Source: Epiperipatus broadwayi
Lineage: Eukaryota; Animalia; Onychophora
Assembly: GCA_028023455.1 (NCBI GenBank)
Contig: JAQFVV010000002.1
Location: 9,858,001-9,922,000, forward strand
DNA length: 64,000 nt
Direction: 5' to 3'
Under the pieces are notes generated by a model that was given only the letters and a program-made list of their open reading frames with translations, was not told where the DNA came from and made no database searches. Positions 38,994 to 51,800 of the stretch are shown piece after piece. Both the position numbers and the translations under genes were made by a program. Every line of letters starts with the position of its first letter. The first letter of the stretch is position 1.

Positions 38994-39009
38994 AAATCTT
39001 GTGTTAGTC

Positions 39010-39860
39010 ACGATTGTACATAAAAACACAAATTAGTATACATACATTTAATAATATATTTATTAGTAATATGTTTATACAAACATATCTTGATTTATAA
39101 TATATATATATATATATTCAACTTATCACCACTGTAAATAAACTTTTTAACAACTGCAATTAGAAAAGCTCTTTTTTTTAAAAATATATATATATGTCTC
39201 GTAAACTATAATGTTCTTTTCATTGAATCCAATCAAATTATATACTCTCCTTTTCTTTTTAAAAACCTTATTTCTTTTCATCAACTATATATAAATATTT
39301 ACATCTTTAAACATCCAATATTTTGACCACTTTTTTCTGTAATCATTTTCGAGGATCTGTGAAATTACATTATTTATATTATTATTATTACAAATAAAAT
39401 ATATAAAAATGTATATACTCTTATCATAAAAACAATAGTTCCTTTTCATCTATCTATCCATACATCTTTTTTACATATATATTACATTATATAGTCCACA
39501 TTTATTTACTTCTCTTTTTCTCTCCAAACTTTTTCCTTATTTTACATACATATTTCTTTATATACATAAAAAATACCAATAATTTTCTTTTCTTTTTTTT
39601 TTTTTTGTCCTTTTTATACTCTATATAATATTCTATGTTTATATATATACACAGGCACAACAAAGAATAAGTTAAGGATAAAATTAAAATAATGGTTGAT
39701 AGAAATTCAAATATTACTATATATAATAAAGAATCTGGACACATAGATTTTAAGATATGAATGTTAGAAAAAGTAACATTATATAAAGAAAGAATGATAA
39801 AATAAAGTTTATAAAGAGAGAAAACCCTGTCTTCAATAGGATGAATTATATAGTACTTTA
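39010..39860. pseudogene. Second, diverged PLE remnant
   Basis: Plus-strand DRNSNI..GHIDFKI*MLEKV..YKERMIK / KRENPVFNR matches the PLE C-terminus. The minus strand carries a 3'-UTR-like segment with a decayed U3-A8 minimal hammerhead (39313-39356). Confidence 0.65.
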
Positions 39861-40810
39861 TTATTGATTGTCATGGGTCATCATAAAATCTGTAGTAAAT
39901 ATTTTTTCATGAAGAGCATGTTCAAACTTAGTCCTTTATCCATTCTCATATTTCTTTAACAAATTTTTTTTTATTATTATTATTTCCTAAGATTTATATT
40001 TTAGCTTATTTTTTTAAACTGATCTTAGTTTTGTCTATAAAAATTAACCTTACCACAAAATGTTTTTGGGATAGATTAGTACATCAATATTATTATTCTA
40101 AATTGCATAAATTTTGTTTTTACATTCTCTTATGACTTCATGTTTACTAATTAATATTTATTTCATATTTGCAATAAAGTTTTATAAATAATATTGCTAT
40201 TTAAAAACATTTTTATAAATTTTGAGATTATAAATGATTCTTTGGTAACACTTCCTGCACCATCTTTTTTCTTCTACTATGTTGATTGAGAATACATTGT
40301 GATCAATATGAGATTTTTCAAAAACAAATTTTGTTCTGTCTACAATCTCTGTATTATTCAGATTTTTCTATATTTTCTGCATCTATCTGAATTCTTTTCA
40401 CAAATCTTATCTATTTTACAAAAGACACCTATTTAATCATTAATTTCATACCTCCAGTAGTGTCCCCATCTTCATTAATATGATATTCTTTCATAATACT
40501 CAATTAGCATTATGATCTATTGCATTATCTATAATGGACTTTATCACTATTAGAGATTTAACTTTTTCCAACAATTTTTGGTTCAACGCCTAAGGTGAGG
40601 GGTATCATTTTTGGAAATTTTTTTTTTACCTCTCTCTATCTTTATTTATCTGTTTCATAAGCAATTAATTATGCAATGGTCATTTCTATATCTGAACCTT
40701 TTGCTTACTAAGTAACTGCTCTGTGTTTAATTATGCTTGGATATCTACTTTCTATTGTATCAGCTTTTGTGTTATTCTTTCTAATATCAGTCATTTTAAT
40801 ACTTTAATTA

Positions 40811-40943
40811 TCACATAATCACCATTTCATATGCTTATATAGGATATTAATAACAATAGCAAAAATGCAGTAGTGCAAACCAAGTGTAAGCCTTAGTTAT
40901 CAATGGATGCAAGAAGGTTTGTATATAAAATCCCTATCTAGTA
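40811..40943 (-). repeat. Truncated hammerhead-repeat fragment without the ribozyme
   Basis: CAGTAGTGC..ATCAATGGATGCAAGAAGG..AAATCCCTATCTAG matches the monomer. Confidence 0.7.
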
Positions 40944-40946
40944 TTT

Positions 40947-41146
40947 AATCAAGTCATACATCATATAACTTAATAAGCTTGTATTACAAATGTAATATAA
41001 TGAGCATGCTAATAGCTCTAAACAATTTTTTTCTGATAAATTCTGCAAGAGAAAGCATTTAAAAATCTCTATCCATTAGCACGCTCATTATATTACATTT
41101 GTAATGCAAACTTATTAAGTTAAGTTACATGCTGTATGACTTGATT
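40947..41146. repeat. Fold-back/MITE-like element
   Basis: About 65-bp inverted arms AATCAAGTCATAC...GTATGACTTGATT. An inverted copy of its interior lies at about 41329-41390. Confidence 0.75.
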
Positions 41147-42548
41147 TTTCACTATTATAGTTTGGCTTTCGAGGCTTTGACAATGTTATATTGCTAAGGC
41201 CCATGTAGCTATTTAAGTTAGTTGGATTTGAAGACATGACTGAAAATTTCAGACTTTCTGCTTAATAATTAAATATTAAATAAAACCAGTTTGGGGATGG
41301 GGATATTCTAGATAGAATTTTTAAATACTTTCTCTTGTGACGTTTATCAGAAAAAACTTGTTTAGAGCTATTAACACACTCATTATACATATATTGTAGC
41401 CATAAGAAATCCAATTCATTTCAGATTAATTCTACTACAATGCTGTGGAGAAAAAAAAAGTTTAATAAAACTCATGTGAATTGACTAATAAATATTCAAA
41501 CTGCCATTTGTGTATGTTTGCATATATGTATATATGTCACTCGAAAAAACTGCCTATAAAATTAAGAGTAAAATTAACTTATGCATATTATTAAAGATTA
41601 TTAAGTATTTACTTTGCAATATGTGACAAACTAAATGATAAAATACATTGTTAAGAAAGAAAGAAAAATAGTCTCGATATGCTAAAGAATTGCAAAGTTT
41701 TTTTAAAAAAATATCTAAATTTGAATCTGTTCTAGTTTGCCTTTCCTGAACTGAATTTTAAATAAAACTTCCCATATTTCTATAGTAAAACTGAATGGAA
41801 AAGCTAAATATAATATTAAAATATTGCAATTAATAATATTTTAGAAGTTATAATTAAAAATTTAAAGGTCACCAATAAATTTTCTTTCTCTCTATGTTAA
41901 CGAATGTAAATAAAGAGAGAAAGAAAAAGACAAACTATTTTTTTTTCTCTTCTAATTATTTCACTTATTTATGTATAAAAACATGATATAATATATATAA
42001 AATTTGTATCCAAAACATTATGAAGAGAGTAAAGATGTATTTTTCAAAAAATACATTGTTATAATGATGTAAAGGTCAGATATTTCCTAGTTGGTGACTT
42101 ACTTATTGTTTAAAAACTATTTTTGAACAACAAAATAGATATAAACAGATCTGAATTAAGCAACTAAACATTATTATTAGTAGGTAATTCTAGGATTCCA
42201 GTATTTCATTCGATATTGCTTTGCATTAGAGTGCAGTCAACTATTGAAGTTGTATTGCTGTGATCTATGCTGAAGAGAGAAACAATCACTGATCAAGACT
42301 TTTTTTCAATGTAAGCTCTATTTTACTGATTATTTTTCAATACTCTAGTTGGTAGTAAGATGATTTTATTTAGAAGAAATCTATCTACCATGTGCTAGAT
42401 AATCAAAAACCACACCAGTCAAAATGTCTGGAAAATGCAGTTGGATCCAAAAAATAATACTTAGTTTGAAAATTTAGCTTGTGCAATAGCTCTATAATGC
42501 CATAAAAGGTAAAAGGAGCAATGCCTTTGAACTACCTAAGATTTACTG

Positions 42549-42579
<31 letters not shown>

Positions 42580-43365
42580 CATATAACATAATCAGTGCTG
42601 ATATATTTGCTCTCTAATATCACCAATGTCCAAAAAGAACTACCATCATTGGATGAACTAAGGAAGACAAAAGTAAAATATTAAAAGAATATCTAAAAAA
42701 AACCATGGTTGTGACTGATTCAATATTTAGCATAAGGCCTTAAACTTAAATTTAAAATATCTTTTAAATTATGATGTTTAATATTTTGTGAATGTGTTAA
42801 TAATTGCAAGTATATATGCAATAGTTTTATTTATTCATCATTAATAAATTGTTACATATATATTTTTATTAAATCCATTTAGTTTGTTTTTGTACCTCAA
42901 TCCAAATATATGCTTTTTACATGAGTAAACTTTCTTTTTAGAGGGTTTGGCACGTTTGAGTTTTTTTCAGTTTTTTTTTTTATTGAAACTGAAAAACAAA
43001 TAAAATATTTTTAGTAGTACCTGTAACTTTAAGTTATAAATCATAATCATCACATTGATTAATGTATATTTTAATTGAATCATTTTTATATTTGAATTTT
43101 TTTAACCATTCAATTTTTATATTTATTTGAACCAAAATGTATTTGACACATCTTGAATAGATTATTATATATGTGACAGATTATGTGTATATCATTATAT
43201 AATTGGTAAAAAGATTTAAACCCATTTACTGGTATGTAAAAAATCCTATGTAGAAAAATTTATCATTACAATATATATATATATGTCATTGACAGAAGAT
43301 TTCTTAGTATATGCTTTCATGCATATATAAAGTAATGTATGAATGAAATATAGCACTGGAGTCTC

Positions 43366-43635
43366 ATTCAGTTTAACTGAGATTAGAAAGATAGAGAATC
43401 AATTTCAAGAAAAGGGGTAGTTACTGCTAGTCTCCATATTGGTTAAGTTTGAACTACTGGAGAAGTGAGAAAGTTCTGATGTCTATTTTACACATATAGA
43501 GCTATGAAATCATGGAGAATTGTTTCACTTTACTTTTCCAAGAGTTCAAACTTAACCAATATGGAGAGTAGCAGTAACTGTCCTTTTCTTAAAACTGACC
43601 TTCTATCTTTCTCTCTGATATCAGTTAAGCTGAAT
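43366..43635. repeat. Fold-back/MITE-like element
   Basis: About 90-bp imperfect arms, including GTTACTGCTAGTCTCCATATTGGTTAAGTTTGAACT and its inverse. Confidence 0.8.
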
Positions 43636-45177
43636 TTACTATTCACAGTAAATATGATAGAATTATAAACAGGAGGATTAACCATCTTATCTATTTTGAT
43701 TAATAAAAACTAGATAATAACTAAATTACTAATATTTTGTTGTTGTTTTTTTATTTTTAATCCTATAAAAACATCCTTGTTTTACAGAGAAAAAAATTTT
43801 TTTTGTGATGCATCAAAAATGTGATTTTCACAAAATCAATCTGTTAATACAGTTGTTTCTTGATATCTTTCTTTTGATCTTTAAATTAAAATAGTAAGTA
43901 CATTGACTTCTTATGTATATATAAACCCACTTAATCTTGAGCATTATTATACTTATTATTTAAGTAATATTTTGAGTGCAATTTGAAAATTATAATTGCA
44001 GTTTATAATGTTATATATTCAAAATATATTATATTTACTTGTTTGAGGACATTTATTTAAACTTCTTTATAAAAATAATTTCAATCTCTATGGTCAAGTT
44101 GCAAACTTTAGGGTCTATATAAATATATTGGATCATAAATAAAACAGGGATTTCATCTTTAATGTTAAAAGAAGGTTGACTTGATAACACTTTGAGATTG
44201 TTGATTGTTATTGTGCTATTAGGATTGTCTAAGTATTGACTGGTTTTTAATGATATATATATTGTAATGGGATGGGGTCAGGGTTGAAAAGGTGGTCATA
44301 CCTGGGGTGATGGCAAATCATCATCAAACCCAGTTCAAAATATAAAATTTACAATGATGATATTATATATATATATAAGTACAAGAGATATTAAAGATAT
44401 GTTTAAAAAAATGTTAATGTTTAACATCAAATATATATAGGTAATGTTATATATTAAAAAGAGCATGAGATCAATAGATCTCTGAGAGATCAGACAGTCA
44501 TTCCTCATAGGAACTAAAAGAAGTCAAGGGTCAATCTAATGACTGAATTGGAAACTGGTCTTCTGTATACTAGGCTAACTATTAAGCCTTTGCCAGCTTG
44601 GTCAATTATTAAACCATTAATTTGGAGGCACAAAGTAAGTGCTCATCGATTGGAATACATAATAAAAAAAATCAGAAAAAACTAATGCTGGGACATTAAA
44701 ACATGATGATCATCATCAAATACTCTGGCCACTAGTGCTGGCCAACTATAAAATTAGTTTCGAATAAGACTAAACTAAAATAAAATGCAGTGCATGGGCT
44801 TTAAAAAGTATTCTCTTTTGTGCCAACCAGATGATGATTGATCATCTCTGGATGCCCCAAAGCACTAATATATATCCCCATTTATATATCAGCCATTGTT
44901 GCACAAATCTAGCTCAGAGAACATAAGCACTATTGCTATATGACAGTGTTTCCCAACCTGTGGTACGCGAGTTGCTGGTTGGTGGTACACGAAAAATAAT
45001 CAATAATGGCGGACAAAAAAAAAATTAAATCATAAAAATATAGAAACGTTTTTTCCTATAATTCATAAAAATTATTTTAATTAATAATATTATACAGTAA
45101 AGTTGTTAATATGTACAGTCGATAACGATCTTTAATGTTAATGATAAAATTGAAAGTATGATTAAAAAATTAGATTT

Positions 45178-45701
45178 TTGGAAACAGTAATATATATAAG
45201 TATCGAAAACAATCAACTGGAAGTATTCGAAACTCTACATATTTTTTTGTTTGAAAATAAGGTTAGTCTGTCTCAAGATATACGAGAAAATATAATAGCA
45301 CATTTAACAGGATTAAAATTGTCTTTTATGGAATATTTTCCAAAACCCGAAAACACAAATGATAATTGGATTTCAAACCCCTTCTATGCAGAAAATTTAT
45401 AAAAAGCTACATCATTATCAATAAAGGATAAAGAAAATTTAATAGAATTATCATGTGACAGAACTTTACAAGTAGAATTCAAACGACATAATTTAATTAA
45501 TTTTTGGTTAAACATTAAAGAATATGAACAACTTTCTGAGAAAGCTCTTAAATTATTATTACCGTTTACTACGGAATTAGTAGGAAGAGCTTTTTCTTCA
45601 TATATTTTTTTAAAAATGAGTATCGAAACAGATTGAACGCAGCTGTAGAACCAAATTTCAAAAAATTATGTTGTTCGAAACAAGCACAAAGAACTCATTA
45701 A
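45178..45701 (+). pseudogene. hAT transposase C-terminal dimerisation region remnant
   Basis: YFP..NWISNPF, LIELSCDRTL..F, FWLNIKEYEQLSEKALKLLLPF and RNRL...KQAQRTH*, with a stop and frameshifts. Confidence 0.85.
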
Positions 45702-46067
45702 ATTTATTTTATAAAAATATTTGATTATGATAAAAAAATATACTAATTGTTTTTTTATAATTTTGTGTTTTTATTAAAACCATTTATTAGCAAACGAAAT
45801 ATGACAAAATAGTAGATAAATAATGAGTCGGATCAAGGCAAATCAATCTAAATTATTTCATTTGAAAGAATGTATCAGAAAAGGATCATACCCAGAAATT
45901 AGAATCTCATTAATTCTTGATCATCTATTGTGGATTACTAGATTTAAACAATTCAAAACAAAACAACACTCTCCATATAGTAGTGCCATCTTGTGCTAAC
46001 AAGAGCAATCAATGGATGCCAGAAGGCTTGTGCATAAAATCCCTATCTAATGCCTACTCATCCAATA

Positions 46068-46109
46068 TCCCCAGACTAGTTTCTGGCTTGTGGCCTTCAT
46101 CAGTGAGGA
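46068..46109 (-). ncRNA. Type I hammerhead ribozyme, array copy 1
   Basis: UCCUCA-CUGAUGA-A-GGC CACAA GCC-A-GAAA-CUAGUC^UGGGGA. Confidence 0.85.
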
Positions 46110-46525
46110 GCCTTGGATCTGAGAGCACTGCACCTAGATCTTAGGATCTAATGCAACCCTCCAGCACCCACCTTTTAACTCTATTTAACTACAAAACTAT
46201 GAGAATGAAATTGAAAACACTATTAATATTTTCAATCCAAGCTCAATAGCTTATATAGTCATATGGGTCTGAACTCAATTCAGTACCCATACATTTTGGT
46301 GTCTTTGGCTCTTTAACAACCATAGCCACCACTATTAGTTAGGTTGTTTAAACCACTAAACATCACATGATCACTATCTCATACTAGCACAATAATTGTT
46401 ATTAAACAATTCAAAACAAAACAACACTCTCCATATAGTAGTGCCATCTTGTGCTAACAAGAGCAATCAATGGATGCCAGAAGGCTTGTGCATAAAATCC
46501 CTATCTAATGCCTACTCATCCAATA

Positions 46526-46567
46526 TCCCCAGACTAGTTTCTGGCTTGTGGCCTTCATCAGTGAGGA
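46526..46567 (-). ncRNA. Type I hammerhead ribozyme, array copy 2
   Basis: Same motif as copy 1. Confidence 0.85.
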
Positions 46568-46991
46568 GCCTTGGATCTGAGAGCACTGCACCTAGATCTT
46601 AGGATCTAATGCAACCCTCCAGCACCCACCTTTTAACTCTATTTAACTACAAAACTATGAGAATGAAATTGAAAACACTATTAATATTTTCAATCCAAGC
46701 TCAATAGCTTATATAGTCATATGGGTCTGAACTCAATTCAGTACCCATACATTTTGGTGTCTTTGGCTCTTTAACAACCATAGCCACCATTATCCTATTA
46801 GGCAGGATTGGTGTTAAACCACTAAACATCACATGATCACTATCTCATACTAGCACAATAATTGTTATTAAACAATTCAAAACAAAACAACACTCTCCAT
46901 ATAGTAGTGCCATCTTGTGCTAACAAGAGCAATCAATGGATGCCAGAAGGCTTGTGCATAAAATCCCTATCTAATGCCTACTCATCCAATA

Positions 46992-47033
46992 TCCCCAGAC
47001 TAGTTTCTGGCTTGTGGCCTTCATCAGTGAGGA
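46992..47033 (-). ncRNA. Type I hammerhead ribozyme, array copy 3
   Basis: Same motif as copy 1. Confidence 0.85.
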
Positions 47034-48400
47034 GCCTTGGATCTGAGAGCACTGCACCTAGATCTTAGGATCTAATGCAACCCTCCAGCACCCACCTTTT
47101 AACTCTATTTAACTACAAAACTATGAGAATGAAATTGAAAACACTATTAATATTTTCAATCCAAGCTCAATAGCTTATATAGTCATATGGGTCTGAACTC
47201 AATTCAGTACCCATACATTTTGGTGTCTTTGGCTCTTTAACAACCATAGCCACCACTATCCTATTAGGCAGGATTGGTGTTAAACCACTAAACTTCACAT
47301 GATCACTATCTCATACTAGCACAATAATTGTTATTAAACAATTCAAAACAAAACAACACTCTCCATATAGTAGTGCCATCCATTGATTGCTCTTGTTAGC
47401 ACAAGATGGCACTACTATATGGAGAGTGTTGTTTTGTTTTGAATTGTTTAATAACAATTATTGTGCTAGTATGAGATAGTGATCATGTGATGTTTAGTGG
47501 ATTACTAGATGTAAGCTAGTATTTAATCATCAAAATTTTAATCCTATTAACTTCATGCTGAACAATATAAAGAAAACAAGAACAAGAGATAGCCTGATAA
47601 CCCCTGAGGTTATTTTTACCATGACTTGGGACATGCTGGATTTATCCTCTCCATGGCCCAACCAATAGCAAGATGCTCCAAAAAAGAGAAAACAGACTCA
47701 AATTCAGGAAAACCAAATGAAGGAATGAGAAAACACTTTGAACAAAATATGTACCAAATAACCTTTAATGTAATAATGTAATCTTTAATAAATTATTTTA
47801 GAAAAAATATGAAACCTTGAACAAACACATACATATAAATATGTTACAGTGAGTTTATAATTTCAGTGAGTTCATAATCTGGTGTGATGTTTAGGCGTGT
47901 TTCAATGTAATTTGTCTCATTATGAGATGTGAATACATACATGGTCACCCTATAATATATATAATGCAAATAAAATAACACACAATAACAAATTTCACAA
48001 AATACAATCATTTTTATGAAGTGGTACAATTTAGTGTGATGTACTGCCAAGTGGAACATGAGCCAAAAAAGGTTGGGAAACGTTGCTATATGAGATCAAG
48101 AGATGGCAACAGAAATTCTAAAAATATTTAGAACCACTGGAGTAATTTTCATAATTGAACACACTAAAAAAAATGGTATTAAGGTCAGTAGAATATCGGT
48201 TATACACATAATTCTTCTGATTTTAATATACAATAATAAAACAATAAACATCACATCACCACCTCTTATGCTTGTGTATAACTATTGTTAAAACAGATGA
48301 TACTCACTATACGTATTGCCACACATAGCAAGCTAGAGTAATCAATGGATGCCAGAAGGCTTGTGCATAAAATCCCCATCTAGTGCCTACTCATCCAATA

Positions 48401-48442
48401 TCCCCAGACTAGTTTCAGGCTTGTGGCCTTCATCAGTGAGGA
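48401..48442 (-). ncRNA. Type I hammerhead ribozyme (AGGC/GCCU stem II)
   Basis: UCCUCA-CUGAUGA-AGGC CACAA GCCU-GAAA-CUAGUC-UGGGGA. Confidence 0.88.
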
Positions 48443-48807
48443 GCCTTGGATCTGAGAGCACTGCACCTAGATTTTAGGATCTAATGCAACCCTCCAGCAA
48501 CCACCTTTTATCTCCATTTTACTACAAAACTATGAGTCTTAAATTGAAAATACCTTAATGGTTTCAATCCAAACTCATTAGCTTATAGAGTCATATGGGT
48601 CTGAACCCAGTTCAGTACCCATACATTTTGGTGTCTTGAGTTTTTTAATAACCATATGACTATATAAGCTAATGGGTTTGGATTGAAAACATTAAGGTGT
48701 TTTCAGTTTAAGACTCATCATTTTATAGTAAAATGGAGATAAAAGGTGGTTGCTGGAGGGTTGCATTAGATCCTATAATCTAGGTGCAGTGCTCTCAGAT
48801 CCAAGAC

Positions 48808-48849
48808 TCCTCACTGATGAAGGCCACAAGCCAGAAACTAGTCTGGGGA
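48808..48849 (+). ncRNA. Type I hammerhead ribozyme
   Basis: TCCTCA CTGATGA A GGC CACAA GCC A GAAA CTAGTC TGGGGA. Confidence 0.85.
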
Positions 48850-51800
48850 TATTGGATGAGTAGGCACTAGATGGGGATTTTATGCACAAGCCTTCTGGCA
48901 TCCATTGATTACTCTAGCTTGCTGTGTGTGGCAATACATATAGTGAGTTTTGCCTGTTTTAATAAAACAAATCACATCATGATTTACATATATGCGATTT
49001 ACAGTATTCAAGTTATTACATGATAGTTTACATATATATATGCACACAGACATGTGATACATTATTTTACAATGAATACATTTGAATTGTCAAAAAAATG
49101 ATTAAAATGTACATATAAATCCTATCTGACATTCAATGATATTTATATGCACACAGACATGGTGTGGCATAATAATTTCTGAACATCTTTGAATCATTAT
49201 ATAAAATATAATAAATGATTAAAATACTACATTTTAGTGATACAGATATATAAGTGTGTAAATAGAAATGTAAGATATATATGTGTGTAAATAGAAACGT
49301 ATGTGCATGCTATCGTTTATACTACCTATTCAATTTGATGCAATAATTAAAGTTATTAAAATATATTTTTCATATAAATGCTCTGTATAAATAAAATTAT
49401 AGATGATATCAATTATAAACATCCTCATAAAAAGTTTTCCATAACCAAAATAAAGTTATTTTGTGATAAAAGTTGAATCCTCCAGCAGGTATATTTTATT
49501 ATTTAATACTTTTTTGACAGATTACTCTATAGAAATTTTAAAATATCTTTTTGTTTTTTCAATAAATGATTTTAAACAAAATCATCATATATTATATATT
49601 TCATTGTAGAATGTCATTTCAAAAATGAATTATTAAAAAAAAACTTATTTAAAATTTTGTTCATGTTATATATAACACTACTCACCATTGTATATATATT
49701 TATCTGTGCTTCTGTCTGCATATAGCTGAAATAGCATACATATACAAATTCTTCAAGCTTTCTTTTGGTAAGCTCGTTTTTTGTGATTGTCATCATCATC
49801 AAAAAATATAGTCCAAGCAATTGTCAGCACCAGGAAGAGGTACAATTCAGGTGATTTGTTAGCATGCCATGAGCTTCCTTCTGTCCAGGATTGCCAAGCT
49901 GTCTTTTAGAACATATTTAAGCAACTAGTTGATCAATTTGAAGTGATGCTGGCCTCATGACTCTAAACTCTGCAGTAAACTAAAGGGCAGCTACTAGACT
50001 GGTATTCTCTTAGATCTTCATAGGAGCTCTAACTCTGCTAGCTATTCTGATATTAATGGCCAAGCCTTTTGGCCAGTTCTTACAAAAGCTGCAAGCCAAA
50101 CTGACTCTTCTGGCCAGCTCTTACAAAAACTACAATCCAGACTGAACTGATATTTTATCAGCCTATTTTATAAAATCATCTGATGTGATAACACATTAAT
50201 TGAAAACAGTTCTTTCTAACTAATTCTTATCTTTTCAAAAAGATCATTAATCCTTTCAAAAGTGAGTTTCAAGTTTTATCAAGGTGTAATCTATATGTTT
50301 TTACTTTAATCCTTTGGAATTTTTAATCTACAAAGATTGTTAAATGTATACAAACATTATTTCAAAAATAAATCATGCTTGTTTTTAAATTCAATATTTT
50401 TTAATTTATAATAAAATTCTGTTTTAAATTGGAGAATTGTTTAACTCTTTACAGTCATTATTATTCCAAGTGAAATGTAGAAAATATCTACAAAAATTTA
50501 TACCTGTATTTGTGTACATACACAACTATGTTGCTGTGTGCATGTAACCCAGATAGTTACTATATATATATATATATTATATAGTTTCCAATTTTATGTC
50601 AGCAATTCAGGAAAGATAAATCCTCTTAGTTTTAAAGATTTTAAATATCATTAAGTTTTCTTCATGCTTGAAATATGAAAAAATAATCCTCAGGGTTTTT
50701 TTAGCATTTAATTTAAATTAAATGACATTTTTGCATTAATTATTAGGGACAGTCAGTGAATTCAGGTAGCAACACTACTGACTGTGCTGCCCATTATTTC
50801 TATAAATAATCTGCTGTCAATTGCCAATACTATCCTCCAGCTTATAGAAAACTTATAAACATAATTTGTATGGAAACTAAACTTTTCAATAAATACAGTG
50901 AAATCATGATATATGCTATGTAAATATACACTATTTCAATTATACACTGGCTTCAAAATGTAAATAAACAAAAAACATTAATATTTGTAAATGTAATACA
51001 TTTTACAATATGGCAGCAGTCATATTTCTGTCTTGGACATCATACAAAATGATATTAATTATAAAGAAACATTAAAATTTGTAAACTTAATATAAATTTT
51101 ATGATATGCTACCAACCATTCTCAGTGTACTGTACACAATCATGTTTACTAGTAACATTCTTTAGCTTATGTTGAAAGAACATCTATTTTATTCACTTTA
51201 TTATTCTTTTTGAATTTGATGTACAGTTTTCACTTAATAAAATGGTTTCTAAACATAATGCCAAAAGTTTTAAGAAATTGAAAAAATTCATAAAGTTATC
51301 AATTTTATAATAGCAGAATAAACAACTATCAAACATTCTTGTATTACATCAGAAAGCTGAAACTTTGAAAAGTTTAACTGATAATAAGAAAAAGATAATA
51401 ACAAATAGAGATAACTATATAGATTCTGAAATTGATGTGAATTTAAAAACATCAAACTAATTAGATAGGCCATAATTCACTGATAACAATATTGTAATGT
51501 TTTTGTAGAAAAAAAGATTTTGAAGAAAAAAATGTCTAAAGTATGTTTAATTGTGATGAAGCTCTGACATTTTGCTATTTATTTTATTTACAAAATAAAG
51601 ATGTGATACATTAACTCTTGGTTATTTTTATTTTCTAAATGAATGTAAATGTATAAATATAGATGCAGTAAATACATATGTAAATGTGCACATTGTTTTA
51701 TTGTTAATAACTACATTATTATTTTTTAATAACTTTTGTTTATAGCTGTAATTTTAATTTGATGTACATATTATATATACAAAAATCATATATATGTGTA

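Larger units (their letters stand above)
45944..47496 (-). mobile_element. Tandem hammerhead-repeat array (about 3.1 monomers plus inverted end)
   Basis: Periods 458 and 466 bp with near-identical copies, 14-bp TSD GTGGATTACTAGAT (45930-45943 and 47497-47510), inversion at about 47380. Confidence 0.92.
44944..48085 (+). mobile_element. Non-autonomous hAT (Buster/Charlie-type) element
   Basis: TIRs CAGTGTTTCCCAACC / GGTTGGGAAACGTTG and 8-bp TSD CTATATGA (44936-44943 and 48086-48093) with central TA. Confidence 0.85.
48245..48959. mobile_element. Hammerhead-repeat insertion, two inverted arms
   Basis: 11-bp TSD TAATAAAACAA (48234-48244 and 48960-48970), inversion at the CCATA microhomology (48652-48656). 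Confidence 0.85.

Noticed and set aside
46396-46861. Second ribozyme of opposite polarity within the monomer (viroid-like ambisense)
   Set aside because: No CUGANGA...GAAA pair found on the other strand; CTGAGAG does not fit.
45917-47068. Three repeated 68-75-aa ORFs (…HIVVPSCANKSNQW…)
   Set aside because: They are antisense to the hammerhead, and the frame is broken in other copies (for example a TAG in the 17-kb copy).
45944-47496. Array as CRISPR or ordinary satellite
   Set aside because: There are no unique spacers and the context is eukaryotic. The TSD and inversion point to retrotransposition.
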